From Verrucomicrobiota bacterium (lineage in GTDB: Bacteria; Chlamydiota; Chlamydiia; Chlamydiales; SM23-39): 64,000 bases of DNA. The notes beneath the pieces were generated by a model. That model searched no databases, had not been told where the DNA came from, and saw only the letters and a list, made by a program, of their open reading frames with translations. Below, in pieces: positions 53,643 through 63,139 of this stretch (within the stretch, counting starts at the first letter, position 1; each line of letters opens with the position of its first letter). A program made the translations under genes and the position numbers. The stretch spans positions 11,763 through 75,762 of the forward strand of contig JAGWKU010000001.1 of the NCBI GenBank assembly GCA_028873375.1, in the 5' to 3' direction.

Positions 53643-55016
53643 ATGACAAAGAAGATTCCTTTTTTCTCGTTGATCATCCTCATCATTGCGGCGATTGACA
53701 ACATCCGAAATCTCCCAGCGACAGCGCTGTTTGGCTCTTCACTGGTTTTCTTTTTTGTTCTGTCGGCGATCGTATTTTTGATTCCAATCTCGTTGATGTC
53801 AGCGGAACTTTCGGCGGCATTTCCGGAAAAGGGGGGAGTCTATCAATGGATCAACCGGGCGTTCGGTAAAAAATGGGCCATGGCGGCGATCTGGCTCCAG
53901 TGGATCAATACGATGGTATGGTATCCGACCATTCTCTCTTTTATTGCTGGAACGTTGTCTTATTTGATCGACCCGGCGCTGGCACAAAATAAGGCTTATC
54001 TTTTGTCGGTTATCCTCGTTATTTTCTGGGGATTGACATGGGTCAATTTAAAAGGAATCCACGTCTCTACGATGATCAATAACGTTTGCGCGACGATTGG
54101 TACTGTTGTTCCCATGATTTTCTTGATCGCACTAGGGGCTATGTGGTTCTTCAGTGGGAAGCCGATCCAAGTTTCTTTTACGCGCGATGCGATGATTCCT
54201 TCTTTTACTAATTTGACGAGCTGGAGTTCCTTAATTGCAATCATGGCTTCTTTTTTAGGAATGGAGCTGTCGGGCGTCCATGTGAATGACATCTACGAAC
54301 CGCAAAAGAATTTTCCAAAGGCTGTGTTCTTGGCGAGCTTGTTTATCTTCCTGACTATGCTATTTGGCTCTCTCTCGATTGCTTTTGTCGTGCCGACAAA
54401 TGAGATCAATCTGGTGTCAGGAGTGATGCAAGTATTTACGAGTTTCTTTTATGCATTTGGATTGCAGGCATTGATTCCGTTGTTGACGTTGATGATTGTG
54501 ATTGGTTCGACAGGGACGATGATCAACTGGCTCATTTCACCCGCTAAAGGGTTATTGCATGCGGCTGAATTTGGATTCCTACCTCCTTTTTTCAGTCGGA
54601 AAAACAAAGCAGGGGTAGCTTCGAATATCTTGATTGCTCAAGCGGTGGTTGTAAGTCTCGTCTGTTTGGTTTTCTTATTGGAGCCGACAATCAATGCTTT
54701 CTACTGGTTTTTGACGGCCTTGAGTACAGAGCTTTACATGATCATGTATGTCATGATCTTTTGCGCAGGGGTGCGATTGCATTACAAATATATTGATCGG
54801 CCTTCGACCTTCAAGATCCCAGGCAATGGATGGGGCATGTGGGCTACGGCTCTTCTGGGGTTGGTCGGATGCCTTCTGACCATTATCATCAGCTTTTTGC
54901 CGCCCGATACGATCATTACGACTCCAGGTCGTTATCTATCGATGATTTGCATCGGCAATTTAGTTTCGATTAGCCCGCTCTTTCTCTTCTATTGGTATCA
55001 ACGAAAAACTTCATAA
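53643..55016 (+). CDS. APC-superfamily amino acid permease/antiporter
   Basis: 12 TM segments. The N-terminal ..IIAAIDNIRNLP.. and ..ELSAAFPEKGGVYQWI.. resemble the GadC/YjeM-type APC signature. The ATG at 53643 is preferred over the TTG at 53589. Confidence 0.8.
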   Translation: MTKKIPFFSLIILIIAAIDNIRNLPATALFGSSLVFFFVLSAIVFLIPISLMSAELSAAFPEKGGVYQWINRAFGKKWAMAAIWLQWINTMVWYPTILSFIAGTLSYLIDPALAQNKAYLLSVILVIFWGLTWVNLKGIHVSTMINNVCATIGTVVPMIFLIALGAMWFFSGKPIQVSFTRDAMIPSFTNLTSWSSLIAIMASFLGMELSGVHVNDIYEPQKNFPKAVFLASLFIFLTMLFGSLSIAFVVPTNEINLVSGVMQVFTSFFYAFGLQALIPLLTLMIVIGSTGTMINWLISPAKGLLHAAEFGFLPPFFSRKNKAGVASNILIAQAVVVSLVCLVFLLEPTINAFYWFLTALSTELYMIMYVMIFCAGVRLHYKYIDRPSTFKIPGNGWGMWATALLGLVGCLLTIIISFLPPDTIITTPGRYLSMICIGNLVSISPLFLFYWYQRKTS

Positions 55017-56209
55017 CTCAGCTCTTCTACCGTTTTTCCTTTCGTTTCGGGAATCCTGGTGGCAACGATCCAAAGAGCTATAAGGCCAAACAGCGAATAG
55101 ATGAAAAAAACGCCTGCAGAGGTCAATTTTGCACTCAGGGGAAGAAAAGTAAGGGCGACTAAATAGTTGGCGATCCAGCCGATAAAACCTGTAAAGGCCA
55201 TGGCTTGTCCTCGGATGGGAGAAGGGGTGATTTCTCCCATGAAGAGTGAAGGAATGGGGCCAATACCAATTGCATAAGCAGCGATGAACGCGAGAAGACT
55301 GATGCTCGAGAGGAGAGGAGAATGAGAGAGGACGGCGAGGATTAGCCCAAGAAGGCCGAGCACCATTCCGCTGAGGCTCGTGAGTAAAAGAGGGCGGCGG
55401 CCTACTTTATCGATCAGCCAGAAAGCCAGGAGGATGGCCAGAAGATTCACGGTGCCGGTGATGAAGGTAACTAACATAGCGGAAGAGAGAGAGGAGAAGC
55501 CGGCCTCCTGGAAGATTTCAGGGGCAAAGTAATAGGCTACGCTAATGCCAGTGAATTGCTGAAAAACTGCGAGGGAGATTCCTAGCCAAAGGCGTGGGCG
55601 AAATCCAGGACTAAACACTTGCTTCCAAGAATTTTTTGCCAAGAGTCTTTGGGGAGGAAGTTTTTCATCGAGAAAGAAGAGAGCAATCAGATGGCCAAGA
55701 GCAATAAAAGTACCCATTCCAAACATGAAAGACCAGTTTCCTGTGCTGGAAAACCAATACCCCGCAAAATAAGATGATAAGCTCCCAAGCGCGATAGCGA
55801 TTTGGTAGGAGCTGACGATATAGCCGCGCTGCGGGGCAGGAGCGATTTCGATCAAATAAAGGGGAACAAGTAATGGCATGATACCGGCTCCTGCTCCGGT
55901 GATGAGTCGTCCCAAAAGGAGACTTTCATAGTTCCAGGCACAGGCTGCGAGGAGCGAGCCGACGAGAAAAAAAATCCCCCCTATTTGCATCGTAGCTTTT
56001 CCACCCCATCGGCTTCTCCAGGAGCTAGCGAAAGCAGATGTAATCAAAGCTCCAAGCAATGCAATGCTGGCTGCTATCCCTTGTTGCAGGGGTGAGAGCG
56101 AAAAGGTGGCTCCCACGAAGGCTAAAGCTCCCGCAATAATGGAAGTAGCATAACCAAATTGAAATCCACCAAAAGAGCAAATTAAAACATCTTTATAAAA
56201 TCTTGTCAT
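54998..56209 (-). CDS. MFS sugar-porter family transporter
   Basis: DKVGRRPLLL (the GRR motif), the C-terminal PETKGKTVEEL, and 12 TM segments. Confidence 0.8.
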   Translation of the reverse strand: MTRFYKDVLICSFGGFQFGYATSIIAGALAFVGATFSLSPLQQGIAASIALLGALITSAFASSWRSRWGGKATMQIGGIFFLVGSLLAACAWNYESLLLGRLITGAGAGIMPLLVPLYLIEIAPAPQRGYIVSSYQIAIALGSLSSYFAGYWFSSTGNWSFMFGMGTFIALGHLIALFFLDEKLPPQRLLAKNSWKQVFSPGFRPRLWLGISLAVFQQFTGISVAYYFAPEIFQEAGFSSLSSAMLVTFITGTVNLLAILLAFWLIDKVGRRPLLLTSLSGMVLGLLGLILAVLSHSPLLSSISLLAFIAAYAIGIGPIPSLFMGEITPSPIRGQAMAFTGFIGWIANYLVALTFLPLSAKLTSAGVFFIYSLFGLIALWIVATRIPETKGKTVEELSYEVFR

Positions 56210-56244
56210 AGTAAGTTAATTATAGCTGCTGTGAAGTATTAAAA

Positions 56245-57261
56245 CTATTGTTGTTTGGAATGAGAAAAGTAGCGAAAAGGCCAGAGAATAAGGGCTTTAA
56301 GAGAAGCACAACGACTAGGCTGAGGAGGCGGGGGGTCTTCTTTTTCAAATTGCCATTGAATAAGTGGAGGAGGATCGATGAAAAAATCAGGTTTTGTGGT
56401 TCTTTTTTTTCCGTTCAGAGGAACGAAAAGACAGGAATACATAATGTCTGTTACGCGGCGAGTAACCAGCACCTCTTTGACAGAGGTAGTAGAAAGGGCT
56501 CGCTCCCATTTCCAGCGTTCTAAGGTACCTGGCGCTTCAAAGAAAGTGCTTTGAAACATTTCTGTCATGCGGTTTGAAAAGGCATAGGTGCAAATAGTCT
56601 GCCGGTTTTCTAAGATATCCTGAGTTTTCTCTCTCTCGCAGAAGAAAAGGCGTCCTTTTGGGGCCACCAAGTCTTTGAGTTTTTCGACATAAGAGGTTTG
56701 GATCTCAGCACAAAACTCTCGGAGAGCTCGATCTTGATCACGATAAGGAAAAGAAGAGAATACTTTTTGTAAGAGCTTTAAAAAGGCGCTCGATACTTCA
56801 ACCGAAATGACATAGTCATATACGCCTAAATTTGTTTTTCGGTGGCACAGGCGTAAGAATTCGGTCCAAGGAGAAGGCCGGAGCTGAGAGAGGAGGCGGG
56901 GAAATTGCTGGTACAATTTGTTTTCAGAGAGCCGTTTTACTTTCTCGATCAAAGGACCGAGGATACCGGTGAAATCATCTCCTTTCAGATAGATTTTATC
57001 GATGAGAGAAAGATCCATTTTTGGAGGACAGGGGTTGACAAAGACAACTTCGTCAAATTGTTCAGCCAGCTTTGCGAGAGGTAAATTTCGATCGAAAATG
57101 CTGAGAATAATAACACGCCCGCGAAGCCCTTCTGCGCCTTTTAAAATCGCGTCAGCTACCTTCTTTTGATGAAGAGAGGATGTTTCTGGGTAGGCTGCAA
57201 TCGATTGGCGATCCTCGTCGATGACTTGCTGATAGACTTGTTCAAGAGAAGGGACAGGCAT
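56245..57261 (-). CDS. hypothetical protein (338 aa)
   Basis: Long ORF with ATG start in an operon-like arrangement. The C-terminus is Pro-rich (DPPPLIQWQFEKEDPPPPQP). No family recognised. Confidence 0.5.
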   Translation of the reverse strand: MPVPSLEQVYQQVIDEDRQSIAAYPETSSLHQKKVADAILKGAEGLRGRVIILSIFDRNLPLAKLAEQFDEVVFVNPCPPKMDLSLIDKIYLKGDDFTGILGPLIEKVKRLSENKLYQQFPRLLSQLRPSPWTEFLRLCHRKTNLGVYDYVISVEVSSAFLKLLQKVFSSFPYRDQDRALREFCAEIQTSYVEKLKDLVAPKGRLFFCEREKTQDILENRQTICTYAFSNRMTEMFQSTFFEAPGTLERWKWERALSTTSVKEVLVTRRVTDIMYSCLFVPLNGKKRTTKPDFFIDPPPLIQWQFEKEDPPPPQPSRCASLKALILWPFRYFSHSKQQ

Positions 57262-57319
57262 AACAATTCTTTTTTTTGGAAAGACTTTAAATATTCGATC
57301 AATTTTTCTGAAAGAAAAA

Positions 57320-58138
57320 TCACATCGCGTGATAACTGAAGAAGGTCATATGGATAAAATTAAGAAGAAAGTGACAGAGAATAGCACTTTCGATTTTCCC
57401 TGAGAGAAGATAGACGCCACCGTAAAGCAAACCGGCGATGAAGGTAAAGCCGAGGATCGCTAGGCTGGGACTCCAATAGAGGTGCGCAAACGCGAAAAAG
57501 AGGGAGGAGAGAAGAAGCGAAAAAAGCTTTCCTCTTTTCCATGGTTGGAAAAAATGGCCCAATTCTCGTTGGATGAATCCTCGATAAAAAGCTTCTTCAG
57601 GCATGGCGGTGAAGATCAGGTTCGTTAGATAGCGGAGAGCTGGGGAAGAGGGCCATTTCAATGCCCAATGCACTGTTCCGCTTGCAATTGCGATGAGAGC
57701 CATGGCGCTAATTCCTAGCGCAGTGAGCCAAACTCCTTTGGTCAGTGCTTGTTTCCAATCTGTTGTGCTGCAGGCTAAAGGGACGAGAAGCGCGAGGGGG
57801 AAGAAGCCCACCAAAGGAGCATCAAAGCCCATGGCCAGCTCCCCCACAATTGTCACAGGTGAAAATCCAGGTATCCAATGGAATTTAAACGCATAGCTTA
57901 GAGAGACCAGCGCGGTAAATAGAATGAGCCGGATGGGAAATGTTTTTTGTTGTGTATACGAAATCCAAAGCAACGCCCATCCTGCTAAAATCAAAAGACT
58001 GGAACTGGTGAGATTCCCATCGAACAATCCGAGGAGGAGGCTGATGGAGAGAAGCGTTCCCCAGAGTTTCGGATGTCGGTAGATCCAAAGACTGAGAAAA
58101 GCGGAGGCGAGAAATAGAAACGGAAGGAAGTGAATCAT
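57320..58138 (-). CDS. CPBP-family intramembrane glutamic endopeptidase (CAAX protease-like)
   Basis: Motifs EEAFYRGFIQ (EExxxR), FAFAHLY (FxxxH) and CHFLLNF (HxxxN). The ATG at 58138 overlaps the lplA stop (ATGA). The ORF-track start at 58177 is probably too long. Confidence 0.75.
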   Translation of the reverse strand: MIHFLPFLFLASAFLSLWIYRHPKLWGTLLSISLLLGLFDGNLTSSSLLILAGWALLWISYTQQKTFPIRLILFTALVSLSYAFKFHWIPGFSPVTIVGELAMGFDAPLVGFFPLALLVPLACSTTDWKQALTKGVWLTALGISAMALIAIASGTVHWALKWPSSPALRYLTNLIFTAMPEEAFYRGFIQRELGHFFQPWKRGKLFSLLLSSLFFAFAHLYWSPSLAILGFTFIAGLLYGGVYLLSGKIESAILCHFLLNFIHMTFFSYHAM

Positions 58139-58836
58139 AACTCTATCCACTGAGCAGCTTTTCGGTGAGGTCCCCAAGTGATTTGATCAGGGGTTAAGGG
58201 TTGAAGTTTGAACTGTTTGCCGAGGTGATGATGGAGTTGGGTGAGGAGCTTGTCTTTGGAGGGAGCAAATTCTTTAAGACGACAAAGGAAGGTATGATGG
58301 GGTCGATCACGGCGGTAGCGCGGCCGCTTCGGAGGGAGGAGTAAATAATTCATGTTTTCGTCGCGATAGTCCCAAAGAAACGAGGTGTGGTGGAGCCATC
58401 GATCTTTCGTGATGTATTGAGCATTCCCTCCACATTTGAGATCGCCGATTACATAATCATTTTCGAGGAGTTGAAAATCGGGAATTTTCCAACTCTCGGC
58501 AAAGAGGTCGGCGCCCCAGCGAAGAATTGGCTCGGGGAAGGGATGGATGGGTAGAAAATCTTTTTGACAGATGAATGTGACAAAGAAGGTTTGTTCATCG
58601 ACGACAACAGTTCCTCCGCCGCTAAAGCGCTTGATGACGGGAATTTGGTCTCTCTTGATCGAAGCGATATTGAGATGCGTTTCTGGATTGCCTGAAATGC
58701 CCATGACGATTGCGCGGGGGGTGCCTCGGCTAATGAGACAAACATTGAGATGAGAGGCGCGGAGGAGTCCTTCTTCGATTTGGAGTTGTTCGAAGATGGG
58801 CATGGAGCCGAGGTCGAGAAAATGGAGCGTTTTCAT
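58135..58836 (-). CDS. lplA: lipoate-protein ligase (LplA/LipB BPL_LplA_LipB family)
   Basis: KRFSGGGTVVVDEQTFFVTF and GDLKCGGNAQY, which is the lipoyl-AMP binding-lysine context. Confidence 0.75.
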   Translation of the reverse strand: MKTLHFLDLGSMPIFEQLQIEEGLLRASHLNVCLISRGTPRAIVMGISGNPETHLNIASIKRDQIPVIKRFSGGGTVVVDEQTFFVTFICQKDFLPIHPFPEPILRWGADLFAESWKIPDFQLLENDYVIGDLKCGGNAQYITKDRWLHHTSFLWDYRDENMNYLLLPPKRPRYRRDRPHHTFLCRLKEFAPSKDKLLTQLHHHLGKQFKLQPLTPDQITWGPHRKAAQWIEL

Positions 58837-59258
58837 GCGTCCTCTTTGGGAGGTTTATTGAGTCGAGAAGAGAGGTTGCTCGTCTTTCTTTGAGTTTCTG
58901 TCGCTTTGCGCCCGTTTTCAATCCGGATTTTAAGTTCTTCATCGTCGAGTTCTTCGGAGAGAAAGGAGGTGACTCCTGCTTTGAATGCAGTTTGCCGGTA
59001 TTCCTTTTTCAAACGGTTTGTGATGAGAAGAATAGGGACTGGAGTGAGCGCTCGGAGCTCCCGAGAAAGATCGAGAGGATCGCATTCTTCGATGGCTCCG
59101 TCGAGGATGATGAAATCGAAAGGAGTATCATGAATCAAACCCAAGGCTTTTTCTTTACTGTCTGTTTCAATGACAAAAAATTGAGCGTTGAGGTGTTTTT
59201 TGAGCCAAATGGAAACGGTTGGATTTTCAGAAATGACTAAAAGGGACTGCTTGTCCAT
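58833..59258 (-). CDS. stand-alone receiver (CheY-like) domain protein, atypical
   Basis: LLVISENP.., phospho-acceptor context FDFIILDG, and PILLITNR. The expected K-P position reads SFLSEE. 141 aa, 4-nt overlap with lplA. Confidence 0.65.
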   Translation of the reverse strand: MDKQSLLVISENPTVSIWLKKHLNAQFFVIETDSKEKALGLIHDTPFDFIILDGAIEECDPLDLSRELRALTPVPILLITNRLKKEYRQTAFKAGVTSFLSEELDDEELKIRIENGRKATETQRKTSNLSSRLNKPPKEDA

Positions 59259-59269
59259 GGTTCTCTAAC

Positions 59270-61096
59270 CTAACGGTTTCGCTTTTCCAGCGCAACCATC
59301 AAGATGGAGATGTCAGAGGGAGAAAGACCTGAAATGCGAGAAGCAGATCCAAGATTTTCGGGTGTGAAGCGGCCTAGTTTTTGTTTTGCTTCTGCTCGTA
59401 GCCCGACGATGGAGGAGTAATCGAATTCTTTGGGAATGCGGATCACATCGAGATGCTCTAATTTGGCTACTTCTTTGTGTTGTCGTTGGATATAGCCGGC
59501 ATACTTGAGTTCGAGTTCGATTTGGGTGTTGAGATCGGAGCCAAAGTCGGCGATGAGAGCTGGATAAGCGGCTCGTGCTTTTTCGTAATCCCAGTCGGGG
59601 CGAGAGATCAATTGAGCCATGCTGATCCCCTTTCCTTCGATCGTTTTGTAGACGGTGGCAAGGCGAACGATTTCTGTCTCAATGGTCTTTTGCTTTTCGA
59701 TCACTCGGTCGTATTGAGCGCGGGTGATGAGGCCGAGTTCATAGGCCATGGGGCGAAGGCGCAAATCAGCGTTGTCTTGTCGCAGCAAGAGGCGATGTTC
59801 GGCGCGGCTGGTGAACATTCGGTAGGGTTCAGTCAGGTCGAAGCGGATCAGGTCGTCGATCATGACGCCGATGTAGCTATCACTGCGGCGCATGATGAAA
59901 GGAGATTTTCCAAGGGCTTTACAGGCGGCGTTGATGCCTGCGATCATCCCCTGCCCGGCTGCTTCTTCATAGCCGGTGGTCCCATTGACTTGTCCAGAGA
60001 GGAAAAGTCCTTCGACGAGTTTGGTTTCCAGGGTGGGAGATATTTGATCGCTCTTCACGTAGTCGTATTCAATCGCATAGGCAGAGCGGAGAATCTCGGC
60101 ATTTTCGAGACCTGTTACGCTGTGAATGAGATCGAGTTGGACGTCGAAAGGAAGGGATGTCGAGATTCCGTTGACATAGACCTCTTCGGTCATCAGGCCT
60201 TCAGGTTCGAGGAAGATTTGGTGGCGATCTTTGTCGGCAAAGCGGACTACTTTGTCTTCGATGGAGGGGCAATAGCGGGGACCGACTCCTTGAATTACGC
60301 CTGCATAGAGCGGCGAACGGTGGAGGTTGGCTTCGATGATCTGCTTGGTTTCAGGGGTGGTATAGGTGATGTGGCAGGCGATTTGCTGCATGCGAGGTTC
60401 TGGTTCATCGTAGGAAAAGCTGACCCACTCATCACTCAATTGCTCTTCGCATTTAGAGAAATCGATGCTGCGTCGGTGGATACGGGGTGGGGTCCCGGTC
60501 TTAAGGCGCCCGAGCCGAAAGCCGAGACTCTCGAGGCAAGGTGATAACCCGGTCGCTGCTTTATCTCCTGCGCGGCCCCCAGAGAAATTGGTCATCCCTA
60601 TGTGGATGAGTCCCTTCATAAAGGTGCCTGAGGAGAGGACTACGGTTTTAGCGCGGTAGGCAATCCCTTCCTGGGTCCCTACCCCCATGATCTGCCCCCC
60701 TTCCACAAGGAGGGACTCGGTGGTGCCTTGCTTGATGTGGAGGTAGGGGGTTTTTTCAAGCCGGAGCTTCATTTCCAGGGCATAGGCTGCCTTATCTGCC
60801 TGAGAACGAGGGGATCTCACCGCAGGCCCTTTGGAGGCATTGAGCATCCGGAACTGGATGCTCCGGCGGTCAGCCACCTTTCCCATGAGTCCGCCGAGGG
60901 CATCGATCTCACGGACCATATGCCCCTTGGCGGTGCCTCCGATCGACGGGTTGCAGCTCATCTTCCCGATGGTATCGAGATTCATAGTGAGCAAGAGGGT
61001 CTTACACCCCATCCGCGCAGCAGCGTGAGCTGCCTCGCAGCCGGCATGGCCAGCCCCTATCACTATGACATCAAAGATTTCCGGATAATTCCACAT
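59270..61096 (-). CDS. mnmG: tRNA uridine 5-carboxymethylaminomethyl modification enzyme MnmG (GidA)
   Basis: FDVIVIGAGHAGCEAA, GPRYCPSIEDKV and strong end-to-end MnmG-like sequence. 608 aa. Confidence 0.95.
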   Translation of the reverse strand: MWNYPEIFDVIVIGAGHAGCEAAHAAARMGCKTLLLTMNLDTIGKMSCNPSIGGTAKGHMVREIDALGGLMGKVADRRSIQFRMLNASKGPAVRSPRSQADKAAYALEMKLRLEKTPYLHIKQGTTESLLVEGGQIMGVGTQEGIAYRAKTVVLSSGTFMKGLIHIGMTNFSGGRAGDKAATGLSPCLESLGFRLGRLKTGTPPRIHRRSIDFSKCEEQLSDEWVSFSYDEPEPRMQQIACHITYTTPETKQIIEANLHRSPLYAGVIQGVGPRYCPSIEDKVVRFADKDRHQIFLEPEGLMTEEVYVNGISTSLPFDVQLDLIHSVTGLENAEILRSAYAIEYDYVKSDQISPTLETKLVEGLFLSGQVNGTTGYEEAAGQGMIAGINAACKALGKSPFIMRRSDSYIGVMIDDLIRFDLTEPYRMFTSRAEHRLLLRQDNADLRLRPMAYELGLITRAQYDRVIEKQKTIETEIVRLATVYKTIEGKGISMAQLISRPDWDYEKARAAYPALIADFGSDLNTQIELELKYAGYIQRQHKEVAKLEHLDVIRIPKEFDYSSIVGLRAEAKQKLGRFTPENLGSASRISGLSPSDISILMVALEKRNR

Positions 61097-61103
61097 GATG
61101 AGT

Positions 61104-61130
61104 AAAAGGCCCCCTTCAATCAGAGGGCCC
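61104..61130 (-). terminator. hairpin plus T4 directly upstream of the mnmG start (terminator or translation-control hairpin)
   Basis: On the minus strand, ggccctc-tgattgaa-gggggcc (7 bp, one G-U) is followed by TTTT. It lies between the microprotein stop (61136) and the mnmG ATG (61096). Confidence 0.4.
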
Positions 61131-61135
61131 GCGAT

Positions 61136-61225
61136 CTATTTTTTCTTATGACGATCGCGGCGTCGGCGTTTTTTACGCTTGTGCCGGGCGATCTTCGCTC
61201 TGCGTTTTTTCTTTACAGATGACAT
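61136..61225 (-). CDS. 29-aa highly basic microprotein, bS22-like (AURKAIP1/COX24-domain-like)
   Basis: MSSVKKKRRAKIARHKRKKRRRRDRHKKK resembles mycobacterial bS22 (MGSVIKKRRKRM.KKKHRKLL..). GGAAGGAAG lies 3 nt upstream of the ATG. The longer GTG-started ORF in the track (61324) is unlikely. Confidence 0.5.
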   Translation of the reverse strand: MSSVKKKRRAKIARHKRKKRRRRDRHKKK

Positions 61226-61320
61226 AAACTTCCTTCCAAAGTTCTGGGCTAGTATAAGAGGCCCCCTACAAAAAGTAAAGGACTCCTTGCAGGCACCCTT
61301 ATCATATAGGATTAAAAATT

Positions 61321-62769
61321 TCACTCGTTTGGTGAAAAGGCGGCAAACGCCTCTTTGTTGCCTTTGGCCGCATCCCCCATGGGGTTCATGGGGGTATAGT
61401 TGGCGAATTGGCCGATTTCCTTGCGGAAGGTCATGACGACATCTCCGACAGCGCCGTGGCGGTTTTTGGACACTAGGACTTCGGCGAGGCCGGGCTTGTC
61501 GTGCTTGTCGTAGTATTCACGGCGGAATAGGAACATGACGACGTCGGCATCTTGTTCCAAAGACCCCGATTCTCTCAAGTCGCTCATCATGGGGCGGTGA
61601 CCTTGTCGCTCTTCGACCTTACGGGAGAGCTGGGCAGCGCAGAGGATGGGGATATCGAGCTCGCGAGCGAGCGTCTTAAGCATGCGAGAAATTTCGGAAA
61701 TTTCGATCTGCCGATTCTCTTGCGAGCGCATGTTGCCTGAGCCAGAGAGGAGTTGCAAATAGTCGATGGCTAAAAACCCGATGCCGTGCGTTTCTTTCAT
61801 GCGGCGGGCGCGGGCGCGCAGGTCGGTAATTTTAAGGCCTGGCTGGTCATCGATGATCAACGTGTGCTTTTGCATTGAATTTACCGATGCGACAATTCGT
61901 TGATATTCGTTGCCGCTAAGAGAGCCTGTTTGAATTTTTTGTGATTCGATTTCTGACTGCGAGCAGATGAGGCGGTGAAGGATTTGCGAGGCGCTCATTT
62001 CCAGAGAAAAAATGCCGACTGGCATTTTGTTGCGGAAACAAATGTTCTCCGCTACGGAAAGGATAAAGGCAGTTTTTCCCATCGATGGACGGGCTCCTAG
62101 CAGAATGAAGTTTGACTTCATAAAGCCATTGAGCATTTTGTCGAGCTCGACGAAATGGGTCGGGATACCGGTGACGCCGGGTGCATCAGGCCCTCTCTCT
62201 TGGAACTTTTGCTGTCTTTCTTGCAGCTCCTTCAAGAAGGGCATTTTCGATTCGGCTTTGACTCCGGTGATCAACTCTTTAATCGTAATGCCAAGATGGT
62301 GTTGCGACGATTGGGAGATATTGTAAAACTCCGATTGTGCCGCATCGAGAGAAGCGTGGACATCGGCTGGCTCTTCTAGAGCGGTGCGTTCGATGTTCTG
62401 CGCAGCTGTGATCATTCGGCGCAAGATCGACTTTTCGCGAATCAGCGTGACATATTCTTCAATGTAGGCCGACGTGCCTGCATACTGCGCAAGAAGCGTT
62501 AAATAACTAACGCCACCAATCGCGTCCAACTTGCCGATTCGCTTCAAATCTTCGCTGATGAGGTGAATATCGGCGGGCTTATCAGCGCGATACGCGGCTT
62601 TGAGAGATGCAAATACTGCTTGGTGTTCAGTGTAATAAAAGTCGGTTTCTTCGAGCGTGTCTGCGGCTACATTAAGAGCATTGACACTCGTGAGCATACA
62701 GCCCAAGACCATCATCTCTGATTCTTTGGAATTAGGGGGAACACGTACTTTTTTATCAGTCTCGGACAT
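61321..62769 (-). CDS. dnaB: replicative DNA helicase DnaB
   Basis: PPNSKESEMMVLGCML N-terminal domain, Walker A GARPSMGKTAF, FSLEMS, IIDDQPG, IDYLQL, and SQLSR-type AQLSRKVE. Confidence 0.95.
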   Translation of the reverse strand: MSETDKKVRVPPNSKESEMMVLGCMLTSVNALNVAADTLEETDFYYTEHQAVFASLKAAYRADKPADIHLISEDLKRIGKLDAIGGVSYLTLLAQYAGTSAYIEEYVTLIREKSILRRMITAAQNIERTALEEPADVHASLDAAQSEFYNISQSSQHHLGITIKELITGVKAESKMPFLKELQERQQKFQERGPDAPGVTGIPTHFVELDKMLNGFMKSNFILLGARPSMGKTAFILSVAENICFRNKMPVGIFSLEMSASQILHRLICSQSEIESQKIQTGSLSGNEYQRIVASVNSMQKHTLIIDDQPGLKITDLRARARRMKETHGIGFLAIDYLQLLSGSGNMRSQENRQIEISEISRMLKTLARELDIPILCAAQLSRKVEERQGHRPMMSDLRESGSLEQDADVVMFLFRREYYDKHDKPGLAEVLVSKNRHGAVGDVVMTFRKEIGQFANYTPMNPMGDAAKGNKEAFAAFSPNE

Positions 62770-62920
62770 GGAATGGAGTTATAACAGAAAAAGAGAAAAA
62801 ACAGCAAAGAGGGATTTCCCCTTCGGGGACCGGCTCGTGCGCTGCATCGCGCTTCACTTCAAATCCCCACGCGACCCAAACTGTTGGGTCGCTTCTTTCG
62901 ATTTTTTCGAAAGAAAAAAT

Positions 62921-63010
62921 CGGAAAGAGAGGGATTTGAACCCTCGGTACCCTTATTGGGGGTACGCGTCCTTAGCAGGGACGTGCCTTCGGCCGCTCAG
63001 CCATCTTTCC
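62921..63010 (-). tRNA. tRNA-Ser (anticodon GCU)
   Basis: The reverse complement is a 90-nt class II tRNA: acceptor GGAAAGA/TCTTTCC plus discriminator G, anticodon arm CGTCC-CTGCTAA-GGACG, a long variable arm, and T arm GAGGG-TTCAAAT-CCCTC. Confidence 0.9.
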
Positions 63011-63139
63011 GTAAACCCAGAGATTTTAAGCGATCAGACCCCTTTTGAGCAACCCCCAGGAGAAGAATTTTTTACTTTCAAGAAAATGAAGGAGAGGAAT
63101 AAGGTACTTAGCTTCAGATTATTAATGAGGAGGTAATCC

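Noticed and set aside
59477-60544. A 355-aa plus-strand ORF.
   Set aside because: It lies entirely antisense to mnmG, whose protein is unmistakable. It has low-complexity Gly/Asp/Val-rich content typical of a shadow ORF.
59270-62769. A replication origin near the gidA(mnmG)/dnaB genes.
   Set aside because: I saw no cluster of DnaA-box-like 9-mers (TTATCCACA or its complement) and no AT-rich unwinding region in the short spacers here.
62921-63139. tRNA-Ser as the integration site of a genomic island.
   Set aside because: No integrase, no direct repeat of the tRNA 3' end, and no obviously foreign genes flank it. dnaB lies immediately downstream.
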